The notes below the pieces were generated by a model. That model searched no databases and had not been told where the DNA came from. It worked only from the letters and a program-made list of their open reading frames with translations. Source: Blastocatellia bacterium (lineage in GTDB: Bacteria; Acidobacteriota; Blastocatellia; UBA7656). Taken from it: a stretch of DNA of 64,000 nt. The stretch covers positions 1,200 to 65,199 of the forward strand of contig JBJMGU010000271.1 of the NCBI GenBank assembly GCA_045807765.1, read 5' to 3'. The translations under genes and the position numbers were made by a program. Positions 28,753 through 39,114 of this stretch are shown in pieces; the first letter of the stretch is position 1; each line of letters begins with the position of its first letter.

Positions 28753-30957
28753 ATGAGATTCAGGTTACTTGCTGTGCTTGGGTTCGTTCTTTTTATGGGC
28801 GGTGCCGCCTTCGGCCAGGGGGTCATCATCCCCGACGAATGCCACCGCTGCCCGCCGCTGCCCCACCCGCTGCCGCAACCGCTGCCACGCGTCCTCAACG
28901 TCAAATCGGTAAAGATCACTACAAAGATCGATTCGCAGGTAGCGACGACGAAAGTCGAACAGGTCTTCGAGAACCCGTCGCCTTACCGGCTCGAAGGCGC
29001 TTACTTCTTTCCCATCCCCGAGAGCGCTTCGATCTCGGATTTCGCCATCTATGACGGCGACAAGCGCATGGCCGCAGAGATCGTTGAAAAAGCGCGCGCA
29101 CGGCAAATCTATAACGAGATTGTCCGCCGGCAGATCGATCCCGGCCTGCTCGAATACGTCGGCAAAGACCTCTTTCAAGCGAGCGTCTTCCCCATCGAGC
29201 CGCGCTCGACCAAGAAGATCGAGCTGACCTATTCGCAGGTGCTCAAGAGCGAAGGCGGCACCGTCAGCTACCGTTATGATCTGGGCTCAGGCCGCCGCAT
29301 TCAGCCATCGCCCATCAAAGAGATTGCCGCCTCGGTCGAGATCAACTCGCCGATCGATCTGAAAAACATCTTCTCGCCGTCGCACAAAATCTCCATCACT
29401 CGCGACGGCGAGCGACGAGCGCGTTTGAGCTTTGAAGGCGTCGGCGCTGACACGCAAAAAGATTTCCTGCTCTATTACTCGCTATCGGAAAAAGATTTCG
29501 GGCTGTCGCTGTTGACCAACCGCGAGCCGGGCAAAGACGGTTACTTTTTAATGCTGGTTTCGCCGAAGTCGAACATTGCCGATCAGGAGCGCCTGGCGAA
29601 AGACATCGTCTTCGTGCTCGACACCTCGGGCTCGATGAGCGGCGAGAAGATAGACAAGGCGAAGGCGGCTTTAAAGTTCGGCGTCGAATCCTTAGGCGAG
29701 CGCGACCGTTTCAACGTCATCTCGTTTTCCGGCGAAGAACATCTGATGAAAGCCGGCTTGATCCAGGCCGACCGCGCTGGCAAGCAGGCGGGCGTGAAAT
29801 TCATCGATAACCTGCGCGCCGAAGGTGGCACCAACATCAACGACGCGCTGATCGCCGCGCTCAAACAGTTTCAATCCGCCGAGCGTCCGGCAATGGTGGT
29901 CTTTCTTACAGACGGCCTGCCGACGGTCGGCCCCACAGACGTCAAAGACATCGTCCGTAATGCCGCCGGCGCCAACCGCGCCAATGTGCGGCTGTTCACC
30001 TTCGGCGTCGGCTATGACGTGAACACCAACCTGCTCGACAAGCTGGCGGCGGACAATCGCGGCGTCAGCGATTACATCGAGCCGCAGGAAGACCTCGAAA
30101 TCAAAGTCTCGAACTTCTTCGCGCGCGTCAACTACCCGGTGTTGTCGGATCTGAAGCTCGACTTCGGCGGCGTCGAAGCCGAGCTGCTCTACCCGCGCAC
30201 GCTCGGCGATCTGTTCAAGAACTCGCAACTGGTGATCGTCGGGCGCTATAAGAACAATGTGAGCGCCGCCACCATCCGCCTGACCGGCAAGGTCGGCAAC
30301 CGCGAAGAGACGTTTACTTTCGCGGGTCAGCAGTTTCCCGCCGAGCGCAGCGACAACGCTTTTCTCGGGCGGCTGTGGGCGACGCGGCGTGTCGGCTACC
30401 TGCTCGAACAGATTCGCCTGAACGGCGAGAACACGGAAGTCAAAGACGAGATCATTCAGCTCGGCACGCGCTATGGCATCGTCACGCCGTACACATCTTT
30501 CCTGGTGACTGAAGACATGAAAGACATCGGCAGGATCAGGCGTCCTGGCGAGCCGCTGCCGCCGCCGTCAGCCCGGCGCGCGCTTGACGCCATGACCAAG
30601 GCTGCGCCCGCCAGCGATTCCGGCTTTGAGGGCACGGGGGCGCGACAATCGAGCGGCGAATCGGCAGTCGTCTACAGTCAGGCCGAAAAGAAGATGAAGG
30701 AATCGGACAAAGTAGACAGCCCCGATTCGTACCTGATGAGTGTTCGCACCGTCGCTGACAAGACCTTCAAGCTCAAAGGCGACGAGTGGGTGGACACCGA
30801 GTTCAAAGACACAGGGGCGCTGCCGCAGGTCAACCTGCAATTCGGCAGCGACGAATTCTTCAACCTGATTGCCAAAGAGCCGAAGCTCGCCGAGTACTTT
30901 GCGCTCGGCAAGAAGGTCACGGTCGTCTACAAAGGCAAGGTCTATCGCGTGACATAG
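28753..30957 (+). CDS. Secreted VIT (vault/inter-alpha-trypsin) plus von Willebrand factor A domain protein
   Basis: Start MRFRLLAVLGFVLFMGGAAFG (signal peptide), AGGAGAGAG upstream. MIDAS motif VFVLDTSGSMSGEKIDKAKAAL. The N-terminal VIT-like region precedes the vWA domain. Confidence 0.8.
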   Translation: MRFRLLAVLGFVLFMGGAAFGQGVIIPDECHRCPPLPHPLPQPLPRVLNVKSVKITTKIDSQVATTKVEQVFENPSPYRLEGAYFFPIPESASISDFAIYDGDKRMAAEIVEKARARQIYNEIVRRQIDPGLLEYVGKDLFQASVFPIEPRSTKKIELTYSQVLKSEGGTVSYRYDLGSGRRIQPSPIKEIAASVEINSPIDLKNIFSPSHKISITRDGERRARLSFEGVGADTQKDFLLYYSLSEKDFGLSLLTNREPGKDGYFLMLVSPKSNIADQERLAKDIVFVLDTSGSMSGEKIDKAKAALKFGVESLGERDRFNVISFSGEEHLMKAGLIQADRAGKQAGVKFIDNLRAEGGTNINDALIAALKQFQSAERPAMVVFLTDGLPTVGPTDVKDIVRNAAGANRANVRLFTFGVGYDVNTNLLDKLAADNRGVSDYIEPQEDLEIKVSNFFARVNYPVLSDLKLDFGGVEAELLYPRTLGDLFKNSQLVIVGRYKNNVSAATIRLTGKVGNREETFTFAGQQFPAERSDNAFLGRLWATRRVGYLLEQIRLNGENTEVKDEIIQLGTRYGIVTPYTSFLVTEDMKDIGRIRRPGEPLPPPSARRALDAMTKAAPASDSGFEGTGARQSSGESAVVYSQAEKKMKESDKVDSPDSYLMSVRTVADKTFKLKGDEWVDTEFKDTGALPQVNLQFGSDEFFNLIAKEPKLAEYFALGKKVTVVYKGKVYRVT

Positions 30958-30971
30958 ATCGCCGGCACAGG

Positions 30972-31070
30972 AAATGATGAATGATGAATGATGAACGATG
31001 AATTAGGGAGACCAGTCCCATTGCGGTGGGCGCAAGCTCCGGCAGTTCATCATTCATCATTCATCATTTG
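30972..31070. repeat. Intergenic hairpin with a stem of tandem ATGATGA heptamers
   Basis: aaatgatgaatgatgaatgatgaacgatgaa - ~40-nt loop - ttcatcattcatcattcatcattt. The core stem is 24 bp perfect. It lies between the vWA gene stop and the purD start. The ORF-track 30988 'MMNDE' start is an artefact of this repeat. Confidence 0.6.
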
Positions 31071-31122
31071 CCTTGATGTGGCTTTGTTTTTTCGTAGCGG
31101 CGCGAAGTACAATCGCGATGCT

Positions 31123-32391
31123 ATGAACATACTGGTCATCGGCTCTGGCGGGCGCGAGCATGCGCTCTGCTGGAAGCTCAAACAATCGCCGCGCACCACA
31201 GCGCTCTTCTGCGCGCCCGGCAACGCCGGCATCGCCAGGATCGCCGACTGCTTGCCCGCCGATGTGAAGGATGCGGGCAGCCTCGCCAACCTCGCCGAAG
31301 CCATCAAAGCCGACCTCACCATCATTGGCCCTGAAGCGCCGCTGGTCGCTGGCATCAGTGAAGCCTTTCAGGCGCGCGGCCTCAGACTGGTCGGCCCATC
31401 TGCCGACGCAGCACGGCTCGAAGGCAGCAAGATTTTCGCCAAGCAGTTCATGGCACGTCACCAGATTCCCACGGCGCAATTTACTGCCTGTCATTCGCCC
31501 GAATCGGCGCGCGCCGCGCGTGAGCTTGAATTTCGCTTCCCCGTCGTCATCAAAGCCGACGGATTGGCCGCCGGCAAGGGCGTGCGAATCGCTCAAAATG
31601 AAAGCGAGTTCGACGCCGCGATTCAAGACTTGATGGTTGACCGCATCTTCGGCGACGCCGGGACGCGCATCGTCCTCGAAGAATGTCTTGTCGGGCGCGA
31701 AGCCTCTGTGATGATCTTTACAGACGGGCTGGATTACAAAGTGATCGCCCCGGCGCAGGACTACAAGCGCGTCAATGATCATGACGAAGGGCCGAACACC
31801 GGCGGCATGGGGGCGTTTTCGATGCCGGGGCTGATTGACGAAGCGACGATGGCTCGCATCCGTGCTGAAGTGATCGAGCCGGCGCTCGCCGGATTGCGCG
31901 CTGAAGGTTATCCGTTCAAGGGCTTCCTCTACGCCGGTCTGATGTTGACCGCTGACGGCCCGAAGGTCATCGAGTTCAACGCACGCCTGGGCGACCCGGA
32001 GACTCAGCCCATCCTGATGCGCCTCGATAGCGATCTGGTTGACATCTGCGAAGCCATTGTCGACAGGCGTATCGGCGCAACCGAAGTGCGCTGGAGCGAT
32101 GATGCGACGGTGTGTGTCGTCGCGGCGTCGGGCGGTTATCCCGGCGATTTTGAGAAGGGCAAGGCCATAAGCGGGCTTGATGAAGCGGGCGCGGTCGAGG
32201 GCGTCGTCGTCTTTCATGCCGGCACGGCGCGCGATACAGGCGGCGGCCTCGTGACCTCAGGCGGGCGCGTGCTGGGCGTCACGGCGTGGGCGGCGTCGCT
32301 CGAATCGGCGCGGGCGCGGGCTTACGAAGCAATAGGCAAGATTCACTTCGAGCGAATGCACTATCGCAAAGACATTGCCGCGCAAGGATGA
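31123..32391 (+). CDS. purD: Phosphoribosylamine--glycine ligase
   Basis: MNILVIGSGGREHALCWKL... is the classic PurD N-terminus. ATP-grasp fold, about 422 aa. Confidence 0.9.
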   Translation: MNILVIGSGGREHALCWKLKQSPRTTALFCAPGNAGIARIADCLPADVKDAGSLANLAEAIKADLTIIGPEAPLVAGISEAFQARGLRLVGPSADAARLEGSKIFAKQFMARHQIPTAQFTACHSPESARAARELEFRFPVVIKADGLAAGKGVRIAQNESEFDAAIQDLMVDRIFGDAGTRIVLEECLVGREASVMIFTDGLDYKVIAPAQDYKRVNDHDEGPNTGGMGAFSMPGLIDEATMARIRAEVIEPALAGLRAEGYPFKGFLYAGLMLTADGPKVIEFNARLGDPETQPILMRLDSDLVDICEAIVDRRIGATEVRWSDDATVCVVAASGGYPGDFEKGKAISGLDEAGAVEGVVVFHAGTARDTGGGLVTSGGRVLGVTAWAASLESARARAYEAIGKIHFERMHYRKDIAAQG

Positions 32392-32419
32392 GCTATCCGA
32401 ACCATCGCGAGCGGATCAT

Positions 32420-33361
32420 ATGATGAAAATCACTCGACCGATCACTTTTACCGCATCGTTGCTGCTATCGCTCGCTCTCTGCGCCATGGCGCAGACCGTC
32501 GGCCCGCGTCCGCTGACCCCGGCGACCATGCCTCTGGGCGACCGTATGCGCAAAGAGCTGGCCGAGTTCAAAGGCAAGGCCACTTTATTCGCCAAGAATC
32601 TCGACAGCGGCGCGAGCTTTGGCGTCGGCGAAGACCAGCGCGTCAGCACCGCCAGCACCATCAAAGTCACAGTGATGATCGAAGCCTTTGCCCGCGTCGC
32701 CGAAGGCAAAGCGAAATGGCGCGACGAAGTCGTGCTGACGGACGCCAAGAAAGTTGGCGGCTCAGGCATTCTGCATGACCTCTCGGATGGCCTGCGCCTC
32801 AGCCTGCGCGACGCCGTCACCTTGATGATGACGATCAGTGACAACACGGCGACCAACCTGGTGCTGGACTTTCTCGGCATTGATACGGTGAACGCCCGCA
32901 TGGAATCGCTCGGGCTGCACCAGACGCGTGTGCTGCGCAAAGCCTTCGGCGGCGGTACAAGCCGCGCGGGCGAAGACCCTGCGCTCAAGCCTTACGGATT
33001 GGGCGTGACGACGCCGCGCGAGATGGTGACGTTGTTGGAAAAGCTGGAACGCGGCGAGGTGATCAGCCGCGAAGCATCACAAGAGATGCTGGCGCTGATG
33101 AAGCGCGAGCAGATGCACGACGGCATCGGGCGGACGTTGAACGGCGTCGAGATGGCGACCAAGTCGGGCGCGCTCGATCAACTGCGCAGCAACGTCGGCA
33201 TCATCTACACCAGGCGTGGTCGCATCGCGATGGCGATTACCTGTAATGACATGCCGGAGGTTGATTGGACAGAAGAGAATGCCGGCCTGCTGATGCTGTC
33301 GCGGCTGTCGCTCATCCTCATGGATGGGCTAGGGCAATCGCCCGCTGACCCACATCGGTAA
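32420..33361 (+). CDS. Class A beta-lactamase-related serine hydrolase (secreted)
   Basis: Signal peptide MMKITRPITFTASLLLSLALCAMAQ. Class A motifs STIKV (SxxK), SDN (ISDNTATN) and KSG (ATKSGA). Confidence 0.75.
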   Translation: MMKITRPITFTASLLLSLALCAMAQTVGPRPLTPATMPLGDRMRKELAEFKGKATLFAKNLDSGASFGVGEDQRVSTASTIKVTVMIEAFARVAEGKAKWRDEVVLTDAKKVGGSGILHDLSDGLRLSLRDAVTLMMTISDNTATNLVLDFLGIDTVNARMESLGLHQTRVLRKAFGGGTSRAGEDPALKPYGLGVTTPREMVTLLEKLERGEVISREASQEMLALMKREQMHDGIGRTLNGVEMATKSGALDQLRSNVGIIYTRRGRIAMAITCNDMPEVDWTEENAGLLMLSRLSLILMDGLGQSPADPHR

Positions 33362-33363
33362 GT

Positions 33364-33409
33364 CCCGGCGTTGAAAAGCCGGGCTAAATTCATTGCGCCG
33401 CTACGCGGC
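33364..33409. other. Conserved ~46-nt two-hairpin intergenic element, copy A (copy B at 58883-58929)
   Basis: cccggcg TTGAAAAGCC gggCTAAAtTCATtgcGCCGCtACGCGGC. About 85% identical to copy B. Hairpin 1 is CCCGGC/GCCGGG, with compensatory variation in copy B. Hairpin 2 is GCCGC-NAC-GCGGC. Confidence 0.4.
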
Positions 33410-33447
33410 GACAAACATTGCGAACGCAATGGAGCTCGTTAACTCAA

Positions 33448-33804
33448 TTACTTCGGCTCGACCGCGCCGCCGACATCGAGCCATGCATCGAAGCCGCCTT
33501 CTAAGGCATATGACCGCTGGAAATCATGATCACGGAGTACTTGCGCCACACGGGCGCTTGAGCCTTCGTGCGGTCAGGTGCAATAAGTCACGATCATGCG
33601 GTTGCGCGGCATGTCGGCCAGATGTTGCTCGATTGCATCAGCCGGCACACGCACCGCGCCCGGCAAGCGCGTGTCGGCGGCGGCCCAGGCTTGCGGGTTG
33701 CGCGCGTCAACGAAGTAAACCGCTTCGCCGCGATTCATTCTATCGATCACATCGCTCGCCGAGATTCGCAAAGGCTCTGGCGCATTCTGCACATTGGCGC
33801 TCAT
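33448..33804 (-). CDS. Single-domain rhodanese-like sulfurtransferase with an in-frame TGA at 33576-33574: candidate selenoprotein (Sec at the catalytic position) or nonsense pseudogene
   Basis: The ORF track ends at ...MIVTYCT*. Reading through the TGA in the same frame continues PHEGSSARVAQVLRDHDFQRSYALEGGFDAWLDVGGAVEPK* to a TAA at 33450-33448. The downstream segment aligns with the GlpE catalytic segment (quoted from memory) (C)YHGNSSKGAAQYL...DGGFEAW, with the TGA at the catalytic Cys column. Confidence 0.6.
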
Positions 33805-34031
33805 TTGTGTTACCTCCTGGATGAATTCGCGCTCATCTGAAATTAAAAGGCAATCACTATACCGCGCGCCCGCGGCGTCTGGGTCAACACGGCGCGTCAG
33901 GTTGTATGGTTCGCGCGCTCAGGCTGTCCGATTCGCCGCCATTGACACTGCCTCTGAAGCTCAACTATCATCGGGATTAATGCATTTGACTCGTCTGCGA
34001 ATGCCTTTGACCTTTAGCCAAGGAGAAGCGA

Positions 34032-35711
<1,680 letters not shown>

Positions 35712-35727
35712 TGAAAGGCGATAAGCA

Positions 35728-35946
35728 ATGGGCACCCATCAGCATTCCATACGAGGCGTCATTGAAGGCGGTCAGGTTAAGCTGCTTGAGCCGATCACGC
35801 TTGCCGATGGAACGGTTGTCGAAGTCATGATTACTGTGCCATCGGGAAACGAGCAGGCGCGCGAGCGTCAACGCCAGCTCTTGCGCAGGGGGCTTCATCT
35901 CGGCGGCCCGCCGTATCCGCGGCGTGAGGAACTCTATGAGCGATAG
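35728..35946 (+). CDS. vapB: VapB-like antitoxin (SpoVT/AbrB-like fold)
   Basis: 72 aa. IRGVIEGGQVKLLEPITLADGTVVEV is typical of AbrB-type antitoxins. It overlaps the downstream PIN gene. Confidence 0.6.
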   Translation: MGTHQHSIRGVIEGGQVKLLEPITLADGTVVEVMITVPSGNEQARERQRQLLRRGLHLGGPPYPRREELYER

Positions 35947-36361
35947 AATGCTCGTGGACACGAATATTCTAGTTTATGCTTATGACGTTGATGCCGGATC
36001 GAAGCAAGTGAAGGCGGCAGAGGTTCTCGACAAGCTTTGGGTTCAAGGCAATGGTGTACTTGCCACACAGGTGCTTGCTGAATTCTTTATCACAATTACT
36101 CGCAAGGTCAAACAACCTCTAGCCCTGCCTGATGCCCGACAGATAGTTGAAGATTACTGCAATGGTTGGGCGATTCTAAACACCACGCCCGACTTTGTAA
36201 TCAAGGCGATTGCAGGTGTCGAGCGATACAAGCTATCGTTTTGGGACGCAATGATCTGGGCGGCGGCAGCATTGAACGAAGTGCCGACCATTTATAGTGA
36301 GGATATGCAGCACGGCCAGATCATTGAAGGCGTGCGAATCGAGAATCCCTTGAATATTTGA
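35936..36361 (+). CDS. vapC: PIN-domain toxin VapC
   Basis: [13 protein letters not shown] (first Asp), [10 protein letters not shown], and [10 protein letters not shown] (PIN acidic residues). It lies in a low-GC segment. Alternative starts are at 35924 and 35948. Confidence 0.8.
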   Translation: MSDRMLVDTNILVYAYDVDAGSKQVKAAEVLDKLWVQGNGVLATQVLAEFFITITRKVKQPLALPDARQIVEDYCNGWAILNTTPDFVIKAIAGVERYKLSFWDAMIWAAAALNEVPTIYSEDMQHGQIIEGVRIENPLNI

Positions 36362-36365
36362 TCTT

Positions 36366-36785
36366 ATGACTGACCAACGCATCAGAGTGTTGTTAGCCAA
36401 GCCCGGTCTCGACGGCCATGACCGCGGCGTCAAAGTCATCGCGCGCGCGCTGCGCGACGCCGGCATGGAAGTGATCTACACCGGCCTCAGGCAGACGCCC
36501 GAAATGGTTGTCGGGGCTGCCGTGCAGGAAGACGTAGACGCCATCGGCCTGTCCATTCTGTCCGGCGCGCATATGACCCTCTTTCCGCGCGTCGTCGAAC
36601 TGGCGCGCGAAGCCGGGCTCGATGATGTGATCGTCTTCGGTGGCGGCATCATCCCCGACGAAGACATTCCGAAGCTGAAAGAGCAAGGCGTCTCCGCCGT
36701 CTTTACCCCCGGCACACGCATGGAAGAGATCATCGAATTCATCCGCCGCCACGCCCGCCGCGCCACAGCCATCAACAGCAACTAA
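36366..36785 (+). CDS. Cobalamin (B12)-binding subunit of a methylmalonyl-CoA mutase family enzyme
   Basis: 139 aa. B12-binding motif [30 protein letters not shown] (DxHxxG). Confidence 0.85.
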   Translation: MTDQRIRVLLAKPGLDGHDRGVKVIARALRDAGMEVIYTGLRQTPEMVVGAAVQEDVDAIGLSILSGAHMTLFPRVVELAREAGLDDVIVFGGGIIPDEDIPKLKEQGVSAVFTPGTRMEEIIEFIRRHARRATAINSN

Positions 36786-36862
36786 ATTCAGAAGCCGTGC
36801 GCCGCGCACCCGGCTGTCATATACTTCGCTCATCGCTAGCGACTAATTATTTGGACAAAGCG

Positions 36863-37444
36863 ATGGGCGAAGGGCTGGCTGATATGATGGACGGCGCGCA
36901 ACTGAGAGAAGCGCTCGAAGCGCACCACCGTGACGCCTGGGGCTGGGCGCTGGCCTGTTGCGTGCGCCATCCAGGGGACGCCGAAAGCGTTTTGCAGATG
37001 GCTTATCTGAAGATACTTGAAGGCAAAGCGCGCTTTGGCGGCGCCTCGTCGTTTCGCACCTGGCTGTTTGCCGTGGTGCGCAACACGGCGAGCGATTATC
37101 GCCGCCGCGAATGGCTCAACCGATTGCGGCTGAGCCGCCACGCCGAGAGCGCGCCGCCACCTGCCGCCCGCCACTTCGACGACGACGTTTATCGTTCACA
37201 AGTGCAGTCACTCTTTCAGCGCGCGCTACGCGCTTTGCCGCGCCGCCAGCAGGAAGCCTTGCAACTGGTCTTTTATCACGACCTCAGCGTGGCGGAAGCG
37301 GCTGAAGTGATGGGCATTACCGTCGGTTCGGCGCGCACACATTACGAGCGCGGCAAGCGACATCTGCGCCGGCTGATGGCCGAGTCAGGAGTTAACGATG
37401 AATCGCAACTCGGAAGAGCAGAAAATCAAGCGATGGTTCCATGA
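36863..37444 (+). CDS. ECF-type RNA polymerase sigma-70 factor
   Basis: Region 2 FRTWLFAVVRNTASDYRRRE; region 4 LPRRQQEALQLVFYHDLSVAEAAEVMGITVGSARTHYERGKRHLRRLM. The start is uncertain between 36797, 36863 and 36884. Confidence 0.8.
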   Translation: MGEGLADMMDGAQLREALEAHHRDAWGWALACCVRHPGDAESVLQMAYLKILEGKARFGGASSFRTWLFAVVRNTASDYRRREWLNRLRLSRHAESAPPPAARHFDDDVYRSQVQSLFQRALRALPRRQQEALQLVFYHDLSVAEAAEVMGITVGSARTHYERGKRHLRRLMAESGVNDESQLGRAENQAMVP

Positions 37445-37934
37445 AGCGCGACAGGCGGACGCCGCGCTTGCGCCTTCGTTTGCAGAGACGGTCACGGTGG
37501 CGCGAGCGAAACAACTACCCGCTGCCCGGTGGTCGCTCGCCTGGCGCTTTGCTCTGGGCGCCGTCGTGCTGGTGGCCATCGGCGTTGCCGCTCTGGTCTT
37601 CTTTAAGCGGTCAACACCGCAACCCAATCAGCAGACCGCCGAACAGGTGGAGATTCCAGAGCCGCCACCGGCCAACGTTGCGCCGGAGATTACTGCCACC
37701 GTTCCCGCGCCAGTAGTCAAAGCGCGTGCGGTGGCTTTGCGGGTCACGCCGCGTCGGCCACGCGCCACCCGGCCACGACCGGAGATTGAGCCGGCAGCGC
37801 TTTTGAGCTTCAAGTGGCAATCGCCAACCGACTTTTTGTTGCGCACGCCGGGCGCTGACTTGCTGAAAACCGTGCCGCGCGTCAACGACTCAGTAGTTCG
37901 CTTCGACATTATTCGCCCTGATGAACAAAACTGA
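37398..37934 (+). CDS. Putative anti-sigma factor (single-pass membrane protein)
   Basis: It overlaps the sigma gene 3' end by 47 nt. It has one TM helix LAWRFALGAVVLVAIGVAALVFF and a Pro-rich periplasmic tail. Confidence 0.55.
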   Translation: MNRNSEEQKIKRWFHEARQADAALAPSFAETVTVARAKQLPAARWSLAWRFALGAVVLVAIGVAALVFFKRSTPQPNQQTAEQVEIPEPPPANVAPEITATVPAPVVKARAVALRVTPRRPRATRPRPEIEPAALLSFKWQSPTDFLLRTPGADLLKTVPRVNDSVVRFDIIRPDEQN

Positions 37935-37946
37935 AATGGAGGATTT

Positions 37947-38378
37947 ATGAGAGGACTCATGAGCCGAAGAATTCTTACCTTAATCACCTTCTTACTCTTG
38001 ACCGTTGCCACAGCGCGCGCCCAACAGCCCGCAACCGATCACCTGGGCGAGGCGTTCTTTTCGCCCGATCTGGTGATGCAGCATCAACAGATCATCGGCC
38101 TAACCGAGCAGCAGAAGTCCATCTTCAAGACTGAGCTGCGCAAGGCGCAAATGCGCTTCACCGAGTTGCAATGGCAACTGAGCGACGAATCGGAAAAGCT
38201 GGTGGCACTCGTCAAACAGGAAGCTGTGGATGAGCAGGCGGTCCTGACGCAACTCGACAAAGTGCTCAACGCCGAGCGCGAGGTCAAACGGACGCAACTG
38301 TCGCTGCTCATCCAGATTCGCAACAACCTGACGCCCGAACAGCGCGCCAAGCTTACCGAATTGAAACGCGAGAAATGA
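37947..38378 (+). CDS. Periplasmic Spy/CpxP-family (LTxxQ motif) protein
   Basis: Signal peptide MRGLMSRRILTLITFLLLTVATARA. Repeated LTxxQ motifs: GLTEQQKSIF and NLTPEQRAKL. Confidence 0.6.
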   Translation: MRGLMSRRILTLITFLLLTVATARAQQPATDHLGEAFFSPDLVMQHQQIIGLTEQQKSIFKTELRKAQMRFTELQWQLSDESEKLVALVKQEAVDEQAVLTQLDKVLNAEREVKRTQLSLLIQIRNNLTPEQRAKLTELKREK

Positions 38379-38470
38379 TGAAGCGAAGCGATGAGTGATG
38401 AACGGATGTGATGACGGCAGGCATCTCGCCGCCTGCCTTCCCGCAATTCATCACTCATCGCCCATCATTA
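38372..38470. repeat. Imperfect long hairpin rich in GATGA units between convergent genes
   Basis: aaatgatgaagcgaagcgatgagtgatgaacggatgtgatgacggcaggc / gcctgccttcccgcaattcatcactcatcgcccatcattatttt. There is a central ggcaggc...gcctgcc stem, and gatgagtgatgaa pairs with ttcatcactcatc. Confidence 0.5.
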
Positions 38471-38842
38471 TTTTTCGCCGCCTTCGGGGCCGTAAAACAG
38501 CACCCACACGGCGAAGTCGTCGCTGAAGCGCTCGAACCAGTGGGCCTCGCCGGCGGCGGCAAACAGGAAATCGCCCGCCTCGAACATCTGCCGCGCACCC
38601 TCGCAGACATACTCGCCGTGACCGCTGACGACAATGTAAACCTCGTCGCGGCTGTGCGGCTTCTGCGGATCGAAGCCACGCGGCGCGTAGACTTCGAGTT
38701 GTAGGCTGCCATGCGTGAATAAAGTCACAAAACGCTGACCGCCCTCTTCGGGGAGTTTGGCCAGCGCTTCTTGAAAGCCAACCTTTCGTCGGCCCTCGAC
38801 TTCGGTATTATCAGTGTTATGGGAAGTGGGATCGTTGCTCAT
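38468..38842 (-). CDS. Cupin-domain protein
   Basis: 124 aa. Cupin motifs G(X)5HxH... are approximated by FTHGSLQLEVYAP...VYIVVSGHGEYV...AGEAHWF. Confidence 0.75.
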   Translation of the reverse strand: MSNDPTSHNTDNTEVEGRRKVGFQEALAKLPEEGGQRFVTLFTHGSLQLEVYAPRGFDPQKPHSRDEVYIVVSGHGEYVCEGARQMFEAGDFLFAAAGEAHWFERFSDDFAVWVLFYGPEGGEK

Positions 38843-39114
38843 CGTCCACCTGAGTCTAATGATGTTCAGAGCCGTTTGCGATTGAGTTTGCCATGTAGCG
38901 CAATCCGATAGATTGCGCTACACCCAATTGAAAACCGCTCTAAGGCAGCTAACCGTGATTGTCCGACAGAACGTTGGGCGAGAGCAAGCGACGCGACGCC
39001 CGCCAGTCCATCGCCGTCATAGCGCCGGACTTTTTCTGTCGTTATAGTATGCTTCGTAGGCGCGATGCTTGAGCAGCCTTTGTGCGCTGCGAGAATCTGG
39101 CAGGAGAGAATAAG

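Noticed and set aside
30988-31122. 'MMNDELGRPV...' start of the purD ORF
   Set aside because: This is an artefact of ATG triplets inside the (ATGATGA)n hairpin. The PurD homology begins at MNILVIGSGG (31123).
33393-33840. Plus-strand ORFs 33393-33824 and 33568-33840 overlapping the rhodanese gene
   Set aside because: Arg-rich shadow ORFs. The minus-strand frame shows clear rhodanese homology both before and after the TGA.
33840-34031. Possible cobalamin riboswitch upstream of the mutase catalytic-subunit gene
   Set aside because: I looked for a B12-box (GCCACTG-like) and the typical conserved stems and found none. I have no support for a riboswitch.
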